64,000 bases of DNA from Anthoceros angustus (taxonomy: Eukaryota > Plantae > Anthocerotophyta), in assembly GCA_010909165.1 (NCBI GenBank), contig MU008175.1, positions 372,001 through 436,000 on the forward strand, given 5' to 3'. The position numbers and the translations under genes are program-made. The notes beneath the pieces are model-generated. The model saw nothing but the letters and a program-made list of their open reading frames with translations. It did no database searches and was not told the origin of the DNA. Of this stretch, positions 10,560 to 23,314 are shown one piece after another (the stretch's first letter is position 1; every line of letters starts with the position of its first letter).

Positions 10560-13460
10560 AACATCTTGTAGAATATACAGTCGTTTCAAACTTTCCCCAA
10601 GGAGAATGGGCTACAATGAGCGTGTCGAATGTGTCTTGCAGTTTCCCTTCTCAAAGCAAAAATGAGGCTACACTATGCGCACTTTTAACATTCAAGTGCA
10701 ATCTACTCTCTAAATTGACGCCGTCATCTTCGTTAGGTTCGGCATCATCACCGTCATCTTCATCCTCTGCCACTTTGACTTGCTGGTTGTATGAAGCCCG
10801 CAATTCATTCCCTTGATTGCCTTCTTGTCTACCGCATCTGGATGTTTAGAAATTCAAGGTGAAACCATAATACAAGATGACGGTTTTACATAACTTCTCA
10901 ATATTTTTAGGTTCAACCCCTTCGACCCCTTTTCCCGGTTTGTTGCTTGGCTGGCATCCCCCGAATTATGTATTCTTCAACGTACCTACCCTCAAACGCA
11001 TCTGTGCTCGATTACACCAGTGAACAAGTAAGTGAGGTGGGTCATCAAACAAACCGTCAATCACCTTCCCAATCCAAAATGGTGCATGTGCGTGTCACAC
11101 CGAATTTGGGCGCAATGAACATGCCCTTATTTATTTCAACACATCACCATTCAAACGTGTCATTCCCCTCGTTGTCTTTCCAAGTTTTGGTATCGTCCCA
11201 AATACATATCTCGTTGTGGAAGGTCCCTCAACAACGCCTCATAATAAAGCTTCATCATCAAGTCGCGAGGTTGGTGTTACTTCTACTTGGACCTCGAATA
11301 CCACTTCCAAGGATCTTTGGAGGGCCAGGCCCAATGTTTTTGAACAATAACAATCTCTTGTTGGTCCACCCGAGCTTCCCACCATTTGTATTCCTCCGAT
11401 GTCACATAAGGCCTAAGGGCCGAAAGACCTTCCTTCAAATGAGCCACCATCCGTAGGTGATAAGTCAACTTTCCTTTTCTATCCCTTGATTGGGAGGCGG
11501 TTAAAGGAGTTATTGTGTCCAACAGCACGAATGTCAAAACTCAACCCCTGTCTCCCAATAGGGCGTGGAATCTTGCGCTCGATGGCTTACAAACCCACGG
11601 TCACCTTTGGCTTCTCGTAATTTTGAATTGGTCGGAAAGAGGTTGTTTAATTTTTTTGACGCCTTGTATGCGTGTCCACCTTCCCTTGCCTTATGGCCAA
11701 ACATATGACCGGAAGTCCGGAACTTCAGTCAATATCTTCACCTCCGGCTGTGGAGTGTACGCACTAATCAAAATCTCGACAATGCAGGAAGAGTGTGAGC
11801 TTCCTTGTGTTTTAAGCTTTTTGAAAAGCATGAAAACATTTGGTCGATTTGATCATGCGTATGCCCCACCAACAAAAACCCCACTTTCACCTTTTCAAAC
11901 GTCCCCATGTCCACGAGCATGTTGAGATATGCAAAGCTGATTCTTGTTCTCTGCAGTGTTGTCCAATTGCAAATATAACACTTTCGGCAATACTCCTTCG
12001 TAGTTATGAATAACATCCCGGATGATGGTAATCGTGAGAGATTGGCATCATTCAAGTTCGCATAATGCAAGTAAGCTCTTGCCTTAAACGTGTAATTGTG
12101 GATCATGCACCCAACCACATGAACACGAATACGCACTCCTCATCCAAGTTCTTTGGCCATCAAGTAGATGGGAATCTCCGTCTTCTTTGGTCCATTCCAT
12201 CGATTGAAAGTAGAAGGTACATATGTGGTTCTACATAACTCTTGCTCCTGTGTTTCGCCATCTTGACCGCCTCCCGATGTAACCGCAAACGATGGGCATC
12301 TAAAGCCGCTTGATATTTTCTGTTTGAGAAAACATACACACTCGTGTACATTTGAAGAGACATCCATAGATATGAAGGACCCTCCTATCTTTGGACGATA
12401 CCGCCCGGGACGTCCCAAATCAAGAAAATTGGTACTCGAAACCACAATGCCTTCGGCTTTTGGTTATGGAGGCGGCCGGCGGGCCCCCACCACATGTATA
12501 AATTGTAGGGTGACCCTATGGTCCTTCGCCATGTGGGCGTTGGCCGATTGGTATCCTCAGTCGGAACCTAGTTGCCGTTAAGAGCACTGAGGTGGGCGCC
12601 CGGCCGGCGCCCATCTCCGGCTCTTAACGCACCATAGGTTCTTGGCCTCAGCCGGCCCGGCGTCCCACCACATGTACAGCTGGCCTCTTAGGGTTTCATC
12701 CCAAGGGTTTTGCATATGTGGGACGACGGTCGGCTGGTGTCGCACCCCATCCCATCATACAAAGATCAGTAAGACCCGGTTATAGGGATCTTGCCCATAA
12801 GGCCTCGAGTTCAAAACAACCATTCCCCACTCAAGAAAACCATTTCCATAAGTTCCCATGCATGTCAAAACCAGTAAAGTGGTAACAATTACCTTGATCG
12901 GATTTGTGGATCGTGTTCCTAATTGTGCTCTTCGGACCTGTGAGTGAGCACGTGGAAAACCCGTTGGATTTTGGTATTTTCACTCTTGGGAAGTTGCTTT
13001 TCCATAACTTCAAGAACCATGGATATTTCACATAGAGGATCCCAGGTTTGATTGCCGCCTCCATATTTCCAACCTTGTGTATGTATGCGGAAGGTTGAAG
13101 ACCTCCACGTTAATGACCGCCTACCATCATTAGAAATGTCTTATCCATCCGGGATATAGCTCCAAGCATAAGAAGACGTGGTTTGGGGTTAGGCTCAAAC
13201 CATCCAGGGCATTCAAATGATTCGCTCTTGATTCCTCATCTGTTGTGCCCTATGCAATATACTCTTCTAAATGCCTTCAAAGCGGTGACGCATCGGAATG
13301 GACCCCCAAATGTGTGTGCATACTTTACCCCTTTCACATCCCCCTCTCTCCGCTTGAACCAAGGACTCTAGAAATGTCTCTTGCTCTGGCCTGCCCATCC
13401 TTAGGAGTCGGTACCTCTGCTCCTGAAACTTTTCTTTAATCAGCTTCTGCAAGCACATTT
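10560..13460 (-). CDS. Intron-containing Sola-like (DUF7869-type) DDD transposase, frameshifted in this assembly
   Basis: WFLKLWKSNFPRVKIPKSNGFSTC; SIDGMDQ; VLYLQLDN..ENK; KVKVGFLLVGHTHDQIDQMFS; GT-AG intron ~12892..12320; acidic C-terminal tail. Ends approximate. Confidence 0.75.
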
Positions 13461-14099
13461 GATTGTGTGGACTACGGACTTCCCTGGGGGGTTAGAAATT
13501 AGGTAGGATTTTGTTTTTTTGTGGGAGCGAAGGATAAAATGAGGCGAAAAAGGAGGAAATAAGCACGGTTAGCACTCCGGACGGCACTCCGGAGTATACT
13601 CGACTCGGGAGTGAGGCGTACCTAGACCTCGATGGCGGGCGACAGGATAAGTCCGGACCCACTCCGGGACGAGGCGGGATAAAATGCGGTAACTTAAGTT
13701 GGGCGTAAGGCGGACTAAGCGGCACGTGGGCGACCACAGGTGGAGGGGGCATGCGGAGTCGGGCCGTAACCTTGCGAGGCCGTTATAGCGGTATTCACGC
13801 CAGCAGGCTGGCAGCGGCGTGGGGCAGTCTGTGGCGGAGTAGGCAGCGGCGTGTAGGGCGAGTAAGCCATGCGGACCTCGGCGATTCTGACAGACGAGGC
13901 GCCCTCCGCCCAGAGTTACTCCGGCGTGGTCGCGGAAGAAGGTCATTTCATTGTGACCTCGAGACAATTCGCGATCTCTTGCGCTCCATGATCCGGCTCT
14001 GGCGGTATCTCGTGGGACACTCGGGCGTCTTGTCGCTCACCGTTGAGGTCGGGCGTGACGGCGCGTGCGGCCGATCTGGCGGCTCGGCAAGGGAGAAGG

Positions 14100-17000
14100 C
14101 GATGGCACCCAAAAGCCAGCGGAGTTTGGGAGCCATGGAACCTTGTGGGCGCAACATTGTGACCGGCGCTATCCGGACTTTGGGCTCTGGCTCCGAGGCG
14201 GGAGGGTGGTGCGGAGTGGCATTTGGATGTGTTCAAATAGTGCGGACATTTGATGTCACTCTGGTCAGGAGTTTGCGGAAGATCTTTGGCGGCGGTCAAT
14301 AAGGAGGTGCGGTCAAGAACCTCGGGAGGACCAAGGCGATGGACCTTGGAGGTCTGAGGCCTAGCCGCCCCGGAAGAGGGGTGGTGCGGGCCCCTCAAGG
14401 CGAAGGGAAGATAGGCCCGACAGCGATGCTAAGGCACAGGGCGCGGACCTGTGATTGGGCGATATCAGAACTGTTGGGCCGGTCGAGTCGAGGCGGTGGC
14501 GGATCATTGATCCTTTGGAACCTACTCACCAAGGTGGATCACCTTGGTGATAATCTATTAGTGTTCTGCAGCTGCGGGAAGAAGGCGGGAGGAAGGATTA
14601 TCTTGCGGTTTAGCGAGGCTCATAGCTCGGGGCAGAAGCCCCGCCATCAGGTCCCACGATCCATGTATGGGGCATTTGAACTCCTCGGGAAGGAGCTTGA
14701 GCGGCGCTCGGGAAAGGGGGAGGCCTCCGGAAGTGGAGGCAGGCGGAGGAGGAGGCGGTCGTCAAAACCAAGCGGACTCGGGAGGAGGGGCGGGAGGGAT
14801 TAGGACTCCATCGTGGAGCGGACCCCTCACCACCCAGTATGGGAAGCAATTCCGCCTCCCTCCTTGGTGCCCCAACCCAGGCAGGATCCAGCGAGGCGGC
14901 CCAGGCCCGCCGCCATCACTCGGTGAGGCCCGGACCGGAGAGGCGAAGAGCAAGACCACGGCTGCGGCACCCGGTCGGTGCAGTACCTCTTCCCTAGCGG
15001 AGTGGCAAGCGGAGGAAGCGATGGGAGGCGAGGGCGCCCGAGAGGACAAGCGGCGCATCGAGCAGTCTGTCGCCCGGCGGAAGGGCAAAAGGCGTGCTCC
15101 GGACTCCATCACCTCCAGCCCGGAGAAAGAGGCGGAGAAAGGGCTCATGACCAAAAGGGCCAAGGAGGAAGCTCGGGGCTCGGCCTCGGGACCTAAGGGT
15201 CTGATTGGGTCCGGAGAACCAGTCCGGACTTGCTCGGGGCTGCGGTAAGGTCTTGACGGACCGTGAGATCTGCTCCCGCTCGGACTTTGTAGCCTCACGG
15301 CGGCCGTGGAGGAAACACAGGCGGGTCCCCGTCATGGACGGTATGCTGCAGGAATACATGCGGGATGGCGAGAAGGCCGGAGGTGGAAGCCACCGGGCGC
15401 ATGGTGCTCCTCCGGGAGGCGGTTGGAGGGAGCCAGGCGAAGGAAGGCGAAGCTCGGCGGATTGAGAAGGAAAACGGGAGGCGGAGAGGAGGTCTGGTCC
15501 ATCCGCAGGCCGGACCAAATTCCTTCAGTGGAGGAGCAGTGAGCAGGCCAAGAGGCCCAGGCGGAGGACCTCTGCGGAGGGGGCGTAAGGAGGCAGGCCT
15601 TGGCGCAGCGGAGCAGGCGGGATCTGTGAGGCGGCCAGCGGACGAGCCAAGTGGGAGGCTCGGTGAAGGTGGGAGGCGGAGGCCAGGCCGATCGCGATCA
15701 CTATCGGCGTGATCGGGCCGGTGGAGGCGGCGAGAGGCCAGCCAATCGAAGGCCGAGCAAGTGGCGTGAACAAGCACGGTCGGCCGTGAGGAGGCTGGAG
15801 GCCGGCCACGGGAGATTGGGGACCTCGAGTGCAGTGCAGGAGGTAGAAGAGGCGGGCGGAGGCTGGAGGACAACAAGGACACCTTGGGTTGCAACTCCAA
15901 GATGCATCGGAGGCGGGGTTCTCAGAGAGAATCCAAGACTTGACGAGAGGTGCGCCTCCTCCGCTTGAAACGGAGGAGGAGAATAGGCGGCAGTGCGAGG
16001 AGTTCGGCGTCGCAAGGTTGCGGCGGGATGTGGAGCGGAAGCCGAGTCGGACGGGGATCTGGCCCGCTGGAGAAGGAAGTGGAGGACCTCAGGAAAGAAT
16101 AGGCGGAGGAAAGCCTTTGGAGGAAAGGCTGTTGCTCGTCCGGTTGCGAGGGAAGCGAGCTCGGCTCCATGGCCCATAAGCGGCGGGCTGGAACAGCGGA
16201 GGAGGAGAGCGTCGGCGAAGGTTGCAAGTAGAGCGGCCTTGGCGGCCTCAAGTCGCCTACGGTGGTAAGCAGCCCGGAGGCAGGCGGTGGTGGGCGATCT
16301 GCTTTCGAGCACCTGGAGGAGAATGCAAGGTGCTCGGGCTCATGTGGAGGCGATTGACAAGTCGATTCCGACTTACGCCTACTACCAGAGCTCCTCAAGG
16401 CTGGAGGTCCTGCGCCACCCTAGGCGGGAGGTGGACTTCGGAAGGATGGAAGGAGGCGAGAGGGGCGGACCGGGGGGACAGCTGGCCAGGAGTCCTAGGG
16501 CTTTGAGCGAAGGAGGCGTGGAGGAGGAGGAGGAAGAGGCGCCACCGGAGGTAAGCACTCGGCACCCTCGCATGGAAGGGAGGAGGATCTTGGAGAGGAA
16601 GGGAAAGGGTGCAGCCGGGCATTGGGGAACCAAGGGAGGCTCGATGGATGAACCGACCAGCCGGTGAGGAGGCATGGGCACGAGGTCGGACTTTGTCGGA
16701 CTCACGAGAGCGGATCAGTCGGCCCCAGAGTCTGGACTTAGGGATCGGACTCTAGTAGCAAGGACCACGAGGTCCGGACCCGAGGAAGGTTGGGTCGAGG
16801 CCGGACCCAGGCAATCCGGACCAGGGGACTCGGAGCCGAGGCCGGACCCGGAGGAAGACCTGGGGTCAGGACTCGTCGAGGCAGTCTGAGGTCCAAACTC
16901 GGGAGTGGGGAGAGCCGATCCTGCAGTGATCCGGCCCTTGGAGGCCCTTTGAGGCCCGCCGGAGAGAAGAGGGAGGGCGAGGAAGACTTGGTGGTGACCG

Positions 17001-17200
17001 CGTTGTCGAGGCCGGTGGCGCGACTGAGACCCTCGGGAAGAGGAAGGGTCCGCCTCGCGGATCATAGGTGCTTGCGGCCAGCGGGGCTCGGCTTTGGGCC
17101 GGTGCCAAGAAGGAATGAGGCCATCCAGCCCCCACCAGCGGCGATAGGCGGAATAGGGAGGGGTAGTAGGCGGTGGTTAGGGCACCTGGTGGCCTCATTT
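14100..17200 (+). CDS. GC-rich cargo ORF with coiled-coil segments, function unknown (heavily frameshifted)
   Basis: E/R/K-rich fragments (DTLELQLQDASE..ERIQDL; LEKEVEDLRKE; HVEAIDKSIPT) recur in the second copy at ~28850-32050; AATAAA near 17214. Confidence 0.4.
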
Positions 17201-17829
17201 CGAATAGAGGTGTAATAAAGCGCCGACCTTGGTAGTATAAGAGCTAAGGCCGCATACAGATAAATCATCTTTCTCTTGGTGTTGATGCGCGTTCTTGCGG
17301 ACCTTTGTGTGTCTTCTTGCTAACGTGAGTCTGAGTCAGGCGAGCACGGACTCGGGAGATTGATCGGGGTCACAGTGGCCGGACCTAGCGTGTTGTGGTG
17401 TGTGTGGGGGGTGGTGGTGACCCGTGCTCGTCCGAGCCGGCCCGGCCGAGCAGGGCGTGTGGCCGGAGGAACTCGGGAGGCGTCTGAGCCCGGACGGAGG
17501 CCGTGAACGGAGGTCGGTGTGTCTTTCTAAGGCGATGAGTGTGGCGTGAGGGAGAGGAAAGGGAGTGTGGTGACGGATGTGAGCGATCTCGGGCCTTGAC
17601 AGGTCCCTAAGCGTTTAGCCATCTGGGCTGTCACGGTGAGCGTTGTAGTTAGGAGTATGTGCGTTGAGGTGAGCAGGCGCTAGTGTAGGAATCACACGAA
17701 GCGGTGACTATCATTCCCTTAAACGCGGACTTCTTATCTAGCGACCGCGAGGTTATGTGCCGAGGTACAGCCATCGGTGATCATAGATTAACATGGTTTG
17801 AAATCCGAGTCACCTCTCCTTCACTTTTC

Positions 17830-18600
17830 TTCAATGTGACACCAGCAGCGTCTCGTTGAGGTGCAATGCTTTGCTCGCTTGGCCGATCGGCATCTCACCG
17901 CGCTTGGGATGGAGCAGTGACGGCAGTCGGTGTGAAGTGGTCGGCTTCATCTTCATCCTCGGAGGGTTCGTGCTCACCTGGGAGGTCTTCTCGTGACCAC
18001 CATCAAACAATCCCTGCAACAGTGGTCCATTCTCACGGTTGAGGATGAGGACTCTCGAATTGGATCCGGGAGGCGTGTAGATGGGCTCCCTCAATGGCTG
18101 CGTATAGATGCAAATTCCAGGGTGTGAGGCACACCGGCATGTTTGGTGACGCCAAGTGTCGGCCTCGTTGAGCCTACATGGGCGGTGCGAACCACGACTT
18201 AACAAGCTACTGGTGCCTCTTCCAAAAGTGGGAAAAGTAACCACAACAAACCTTCATGTGGAGGACTCGTGGGTATTGCACCGGAATATGTGAACTTGGA
18301 GGAGCGTTCAAGATAGCGAGCCTCTTCCTCTGCGGACCATGTCTCCATTTCTTTGGAATTGCGAGGGCCCGGTCCTCCACTTGAACCTCCTGCGCCCACA
18401 GGCATGGTCGTTGCACAAGTTGCATCTTGTATCATGAATGGTATGGGAAAAGACAATGGCGAAACAAGACCAACCTCATCTCCGCAGCGTGTGTCAAATG
18501 CAACATCGCACTTATCGCGCAAGGAAGGAAAGCACAAGACTTTGCGAGCACCGGTAGTGGCTAGCGGATATCGAGCCTCCCTCCGGCTTTGCTATATGGC
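17830..18600 (-). CDS. Small cargo ORF, unknown, Cys-rich N-terminus
   Basis: ORFs 18199..18537 and 17831..18244, similar in copy 2 (33117..33449). Strand assignment uncertain. Confidence 0.25.
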
Positions 18601-19188
18601 GTCGGGGCGGCCCTCGCATCCCCAGTGCCACCGCCTAAGAGGTTGATGGGATTGCCTCGAAATAAGTGCGGACAATGAAGTGGTTGACGGTCATGCACGA
18701 GATTGGAAAATCCAAGCATAATTGCAGCCACCGAAAAAGTTGATGGCGGCGGGCCGGCCTAAAATAGTAAGCTCGTCAAAATTGAGTTTAAGGTTATTTT
18801 AGAGAAACACGGTTATGAAAACCATTTGGGGTTATGGAAGAAAACCCTACTTTTACGTCGCTTAACCCTTCGTTAAGGCCTCCTCTTTTCGAACTTAAGG
18901 GCTACCGTTTGCAAGGCCGGTGACAGTAGTTCATGTCCGATTTCGAGCGCACACCTCACCGTGATGCCGCTTCTTTTGTCGCGCTGCCGAGCGCCATCTT
19001 TGGGAGTGAGGCGCCACCGCCGCTCGCCGCCCTAGACCGCCGCGCTCGTTGGCGCAACTTTGCCGCTGTGTGCGCAAGCTCTTAGGCGGCGCCAAGCTCT
19101 TGAGAGGCGGCGATCTAGCAGTGAGTTAGCGGTCACAGGCTTTGTGCATCTCTTTGTGATTACGGAGTGGGGTTGCCTTGCAGAGAAG

Positions 19189-22100
19189 ATGGCAAGCGGG
19201 GAGGAGCAAGAAGGACCAGCCTTTGGAGGAATATGGCTGCCATGCGGAGAAGGCGGAGGCTCAAAGGCGAGAAGCGGCACCGCACGCGGACATCGAGGCA
19301 CCTCCATCCAGTCGGTTGGAGACATCTTGCCATCCGCCATGCTCCAACAGGGGCGGCATTCTTGAGGGGCAAAAGCAACGGCATCCTCGCCAAAATCAGT
19401 TCCACAAAGGTTGCTTTGGAGAGCAAGGGACGAAGGTTGGTAAGGCGAAACAACCTATTCCATCCCGATTCATCCTGCTATGAGGAGATCCATATCAGCG
19501 TGTATCCGCGGCTCGACAATGTTGTGGTTGTGGAGAAGAAGGATGCTTGGGATCCACCCTCGACATGCGCCATGGACCCCTTTGTTGAAGTTGTGGATCA
19601 TGGGATATAGGGGGCTCGCCAAGAGCAAGAGCTGGGTTGTTTGGGCTACTTTGGACTTCAATGAAGGGAGCGAGTTCACTTTTTGTGCACCACAAAGGCA
19701 TACCAAGATGAGGAAGTTTCCGGGATCCGCTTATACAAGTCTCTTGTTCTTAGCCCGAAAGGGTTTCACGGAAGAAGTGTGCACCTCGTGGCCTTGTTGA
19801 AGATTTCCGCGATTCCATGCGACGAGAGTAAGTATTGCCCAGGCGCATTCCTTCGCAGTTCTTCACATGTGAGAGTCACTGACATTGTGGATATGTTTTT
19901 CCTACCATCTTCCAGGCACCACTAGTTGCGAGGGCACTCATACGAGCTATCTGCGAAAAGATTACACAAACTATGAGGGCCCACAAGAGAGAAATGTCTA
20001 TGCGTCGAGCCCAAGCCTCCATACAGAGAACTGGTGATGTGGTGGAAGGTATGGAAGAAGATCATGAGGAGAGTGAGCTTGGCCCATCGACGAGGAAGAT
20101 GGGGCTTTACCAAGTCAAGCATTGACAAGGATCCGGGGCACGGGAATCGGACGAGATCAGGACCTTCCCAATCTTCTAACTCACTCCTTCCGTTATGGTT
20201 CCCACCATGCAATATGACCCGGATGCGGCGCTGGGCGCCTAGTCATCTTCGGGTTCCCAAGAAGAGCCGGATCCTGGTTTATAAGATTCAAGGAAGGTGC
20301 GGTGGTTTGGGGGCGCCTGAATCCTCCCACCACACAGGGGAAGAGAGCGATGGCACCGGTCGGCGTGTTCGTCCCTGAGAAAAGGACATGGCGGATGCGG
20401 GGATGTGGGTATGGGAGAGGAGGGCGCGGCCGGCGCCCTCAACCTTCATGCCCCAAACGATCAGTGACCTCAGTGGCGGGCGCAAGGGCAAGGGAAGTCA
20501 GAAGCACACACACAGGACGGAGGTGGGAAGGAAAACCAAAAGGCAAAGAAGGGTGGAAGAGAAGATGCCATGGGAGGGGACATAACCACGGTTCATATTC
20601 AAACCGACGAGGAAAGGTTGGAAGAGGCTATGAGGGATGCGGATCCATTGATCGCTTAAGGGATTGCATACTCGAAGAAGGTGGTGCGAAGCGTGTTAGT
20701 GAAGTTGGAGAACTTGAGAGGCCTGTTACTCCGGAGGGTTGATGAGGCTTGGGCAAACTATCTTGCCCGTGTTATAGCGAAGATAGGAGGGAGTTCGCCT
20801 CTTTTGTGTATGATTGATCCGGAGTGTCGATCCGAGCAATGTGGAAGCAATGGCGTGCAAAGAAGTATGTCATGGGAGTTCTTGGTGGTAACCACTCGCG
20901 CTATGAAGCACTTATCGATATCTCACCCGGAAAGAAGCGGTTCCAATATGTTGAAGCACATGTGTATTGTGGGCTTACTGCATGAGATGCGGGTGCTTGC
21001 AGATCACAATATGATGTCCGGAAAGAAGAAGATGAACTTTATAGAGCAAGTCGGTATTTAAGGGACGAGTTGATCATCGCAAAGAGGGAAGAAGTGCAAA
21101 TGACCATGTCCGGAAATACAATCATACAAAGTCCTAGGTTTGATTGAAGGCGATGAAGGGAGGAGGACGTGTACAAGCGAACAAAGTGGACAATCGGACC
21201 CACATTCTGTATTGCTAAGCGTGATGGGAAGGTGTGGGAGAATGTGGACAAGATTTTTCCAAATGGGAAGCGGAGAGCTTCAGGAAGAAACACGTTCTGC
21301 GGGACAAGCAAGAAAGGGAAAGGCAAGCGCAAGCTGGCGGATGACCCAAGCAGTTGATAGTGTACGTCAAGCCTAGAGACATGTTGGCCAAGCCCGAAAT
21401 CTTTCGTGGAATACCGGTTGGAGTGTGGCCAGAAATGATAAGCGCCAGAAGGTGTTAACGTGATAGATCCAAGGGGATGGAGGAAGAGATCACTGAAAAA
21501 ATTTCATATCATACAAGTAGCAATGGTGAAGCATCTCTCGTCATTTGAAGAGGTGCGCGAGTATCCTTTACATTCGGACAATATGCTATCGATTCCAACG
21601 ACCTTCTCCGGAAAGGTATGTCCGAGTTTCGTCATATTGAACAGGGACCGGGGGCGATGCGGGCGCGGCCCGGCACGCCCGTCCCCATATGTTTGATGAT
21701 GCTTGTCCGCCCTCACTTCATATATGGGTTTGTAGGCGCCGCCAGCGCGCCTTCAACGGAATGAGCGCCGGGCCGGCGCCTCTCAGCGTGACTAAAGCGT
21801 TTTCGCAGCAATTGAAAGACATCAAGTCGAAAAACTCCCGACTTCCATTTTATTTTCGAGATAAACAATTGGAAAGGGCTTGAAGGCGAGCGCATTAGCG
21901 GACAAGGACACGGAGGAAGGTCTTGAGGTTTTCACAGTTCCATCAACGAGCCGGTACAATACCAAATCGAAAGTCGTGATGTACAAGATATGCGTGGTTT
22001 CTCGGGGCAAGGCGGTACACACTTCGTCATGGATGTGCCCCGAGGTTTTAACATTGGACCTATGGACAAGAGGGTGGATAAGCAATGATGGATTCTCTTC

Positions 22101-22900
22101 CAAAGCTTTGTTGAGAAGACCACTAGCGATGAGGATGATTGTGATGCATGGAGTGGAGGAGGCATACAATTAGAGAATCAATGCGAAAGTGGAGCAGAAA
22201 GGGGCTTGGTGTCGTTCGTATGGGACAAGACAAACATGAACAATGTGGATTTGAGGCATGGAATACATAACTATCGGATGGGGTCTCAAGGATGGGAGCA
22301 CAAAGGGAATTGCAATGCTACCAAATGCTATGCATGGAACATTCAACAATGGAAGGTCTCATTGCTCACGACTTGTCAAAAACAGTTTACATGTCACATG
22401 ACAAGTTGGTGGTCCGCCTTACGAGACCACTAGGGTTGATGACGAGACTTATTACAACCTTCTCCAAAGAGGGAGATTGGGTTGGATGCATGCTCGGGAG
22501 CGCACTATTAGCGTTACTTGCGGGGAAGGAGTTGTATCGCCATCGGTGACTTGAGATGTCAGTTATATTTCACAAAGAATTCATGGATTTGAGGTGCTCC
22601 CGGATGCGGTTGAGGAGTTGAATTTTGAAGCCCCGGAGAGGACTTACGATTACGGGCAAAGGAGGTTTGCATCGTGAGAAGGACTCCTTGAAAGCACAAG
22701 TGGTTTCTTTGAGTGCCGTCGGAATAAGAGCGGGGTGGCGATTTGTTGGAGGCTGGCCAACAAACACTCGAGAAGCGTTTGGCGATGGGGCGGATGGTAA
22801 TGATGAAGACACGAGATGGGAGCGAGGACTCGAGGGCTTTGGTTGAAGTCGACACTTTCGATGAGGAAGAACTTGAGCGGATCTGAACTTGGTAGTTTAT
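19189..22900 (+). CDS. ParB-like domain fused to a beta-class N4C/N6A DNA methyltransferase
   Basis: ParB-like part: VKLENLRP..RRVDEAWANYLARVI..PLLCMID..GVLGGNH (20875-20895)..VEAHVYCGL..LA.DHN. MTase part: LLVMDVPRG (motif IV, ~22032), FVWDKTN, RPLGLMTRLITTFSKEGDWV.DACSG(SGT)..ALLAGRSCIAIE (motifs X-I-II). Acidic tail. Confidence 0.8.
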
Positions 22901-23283
22901 GATTGATGTCAGCAAGCACCGGTTGAGTCAGTTAGCCCCGAGACGCGTTTGTAGTTGTGAACTATTATGCATGCTAGTGGTCAATTTTTGGCGGAACCTA
23001 AAGCGAGGATGGTCTCCAAGCGGCTTGCAGACGTACCCATACCTAGTTTTGTTGTGTTATTACTAGGCCTTTTGTCAATGTGGAAATGGATCATCGCACA
23101 AAACAAACTACTTTTGACCACTAGCGGGCGCTGCCCTTGACCCTTCCAGTTTTGTTGTTTCACAAGCTGCGCGCATTTTGTAGGAATCATTGTCCATGGT
23201 ATGGGACACGGAAATCCAAAAACACGGTTTTGGGAACCATGTGTTATACGTGAAGGAGGTTTCGTTCAACGGAAGGGGTTGGA

Positions 23284-23310
23284 TATTCACCCTTCAATGA
23301 ATACCATGTT
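23284..23310 (-). repeat. Right TIR of the DNA transposon (copy 1)
   Basis: TATTCACCCTTCAATGAATACCATGTT followed by TGCA. Confidence 0.8.
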
Positions 23311-23314
23311 TGCA

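Larger units (their letters stand above)
1583..23310. mobile_element. Large cargo-carrying DNA transposon (Sola-like DDD transposase), ~13.5 kb after removing the nested Gypsy
   Basis: Left TIR AACATGGTATTTAGTGAAGGGGGTGATTA (1583-1611) matches the reverse complement of 40901-40929 at 27/29, and more loosely 23284-23310. TGCA flanks both ends (1579-1582; 23311-23314; 40930-40933). Excision restores the host gag frame ETMQMTFQR. Confidence 0.85.

Noticed and set aside
13490-17600. Many overlapping six-frame ORFs as separate genes
   Set aside because: Expected from high GC content and frameshift errors; no recognisable motifs.
19189-22900. Bacterial or phage contamination explaining the ParB-MTase
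   Set aside because: It lies inside TIRs with an intron-containing transposase, nested in a Gypsy gag and contiguous with spliced plant genes.
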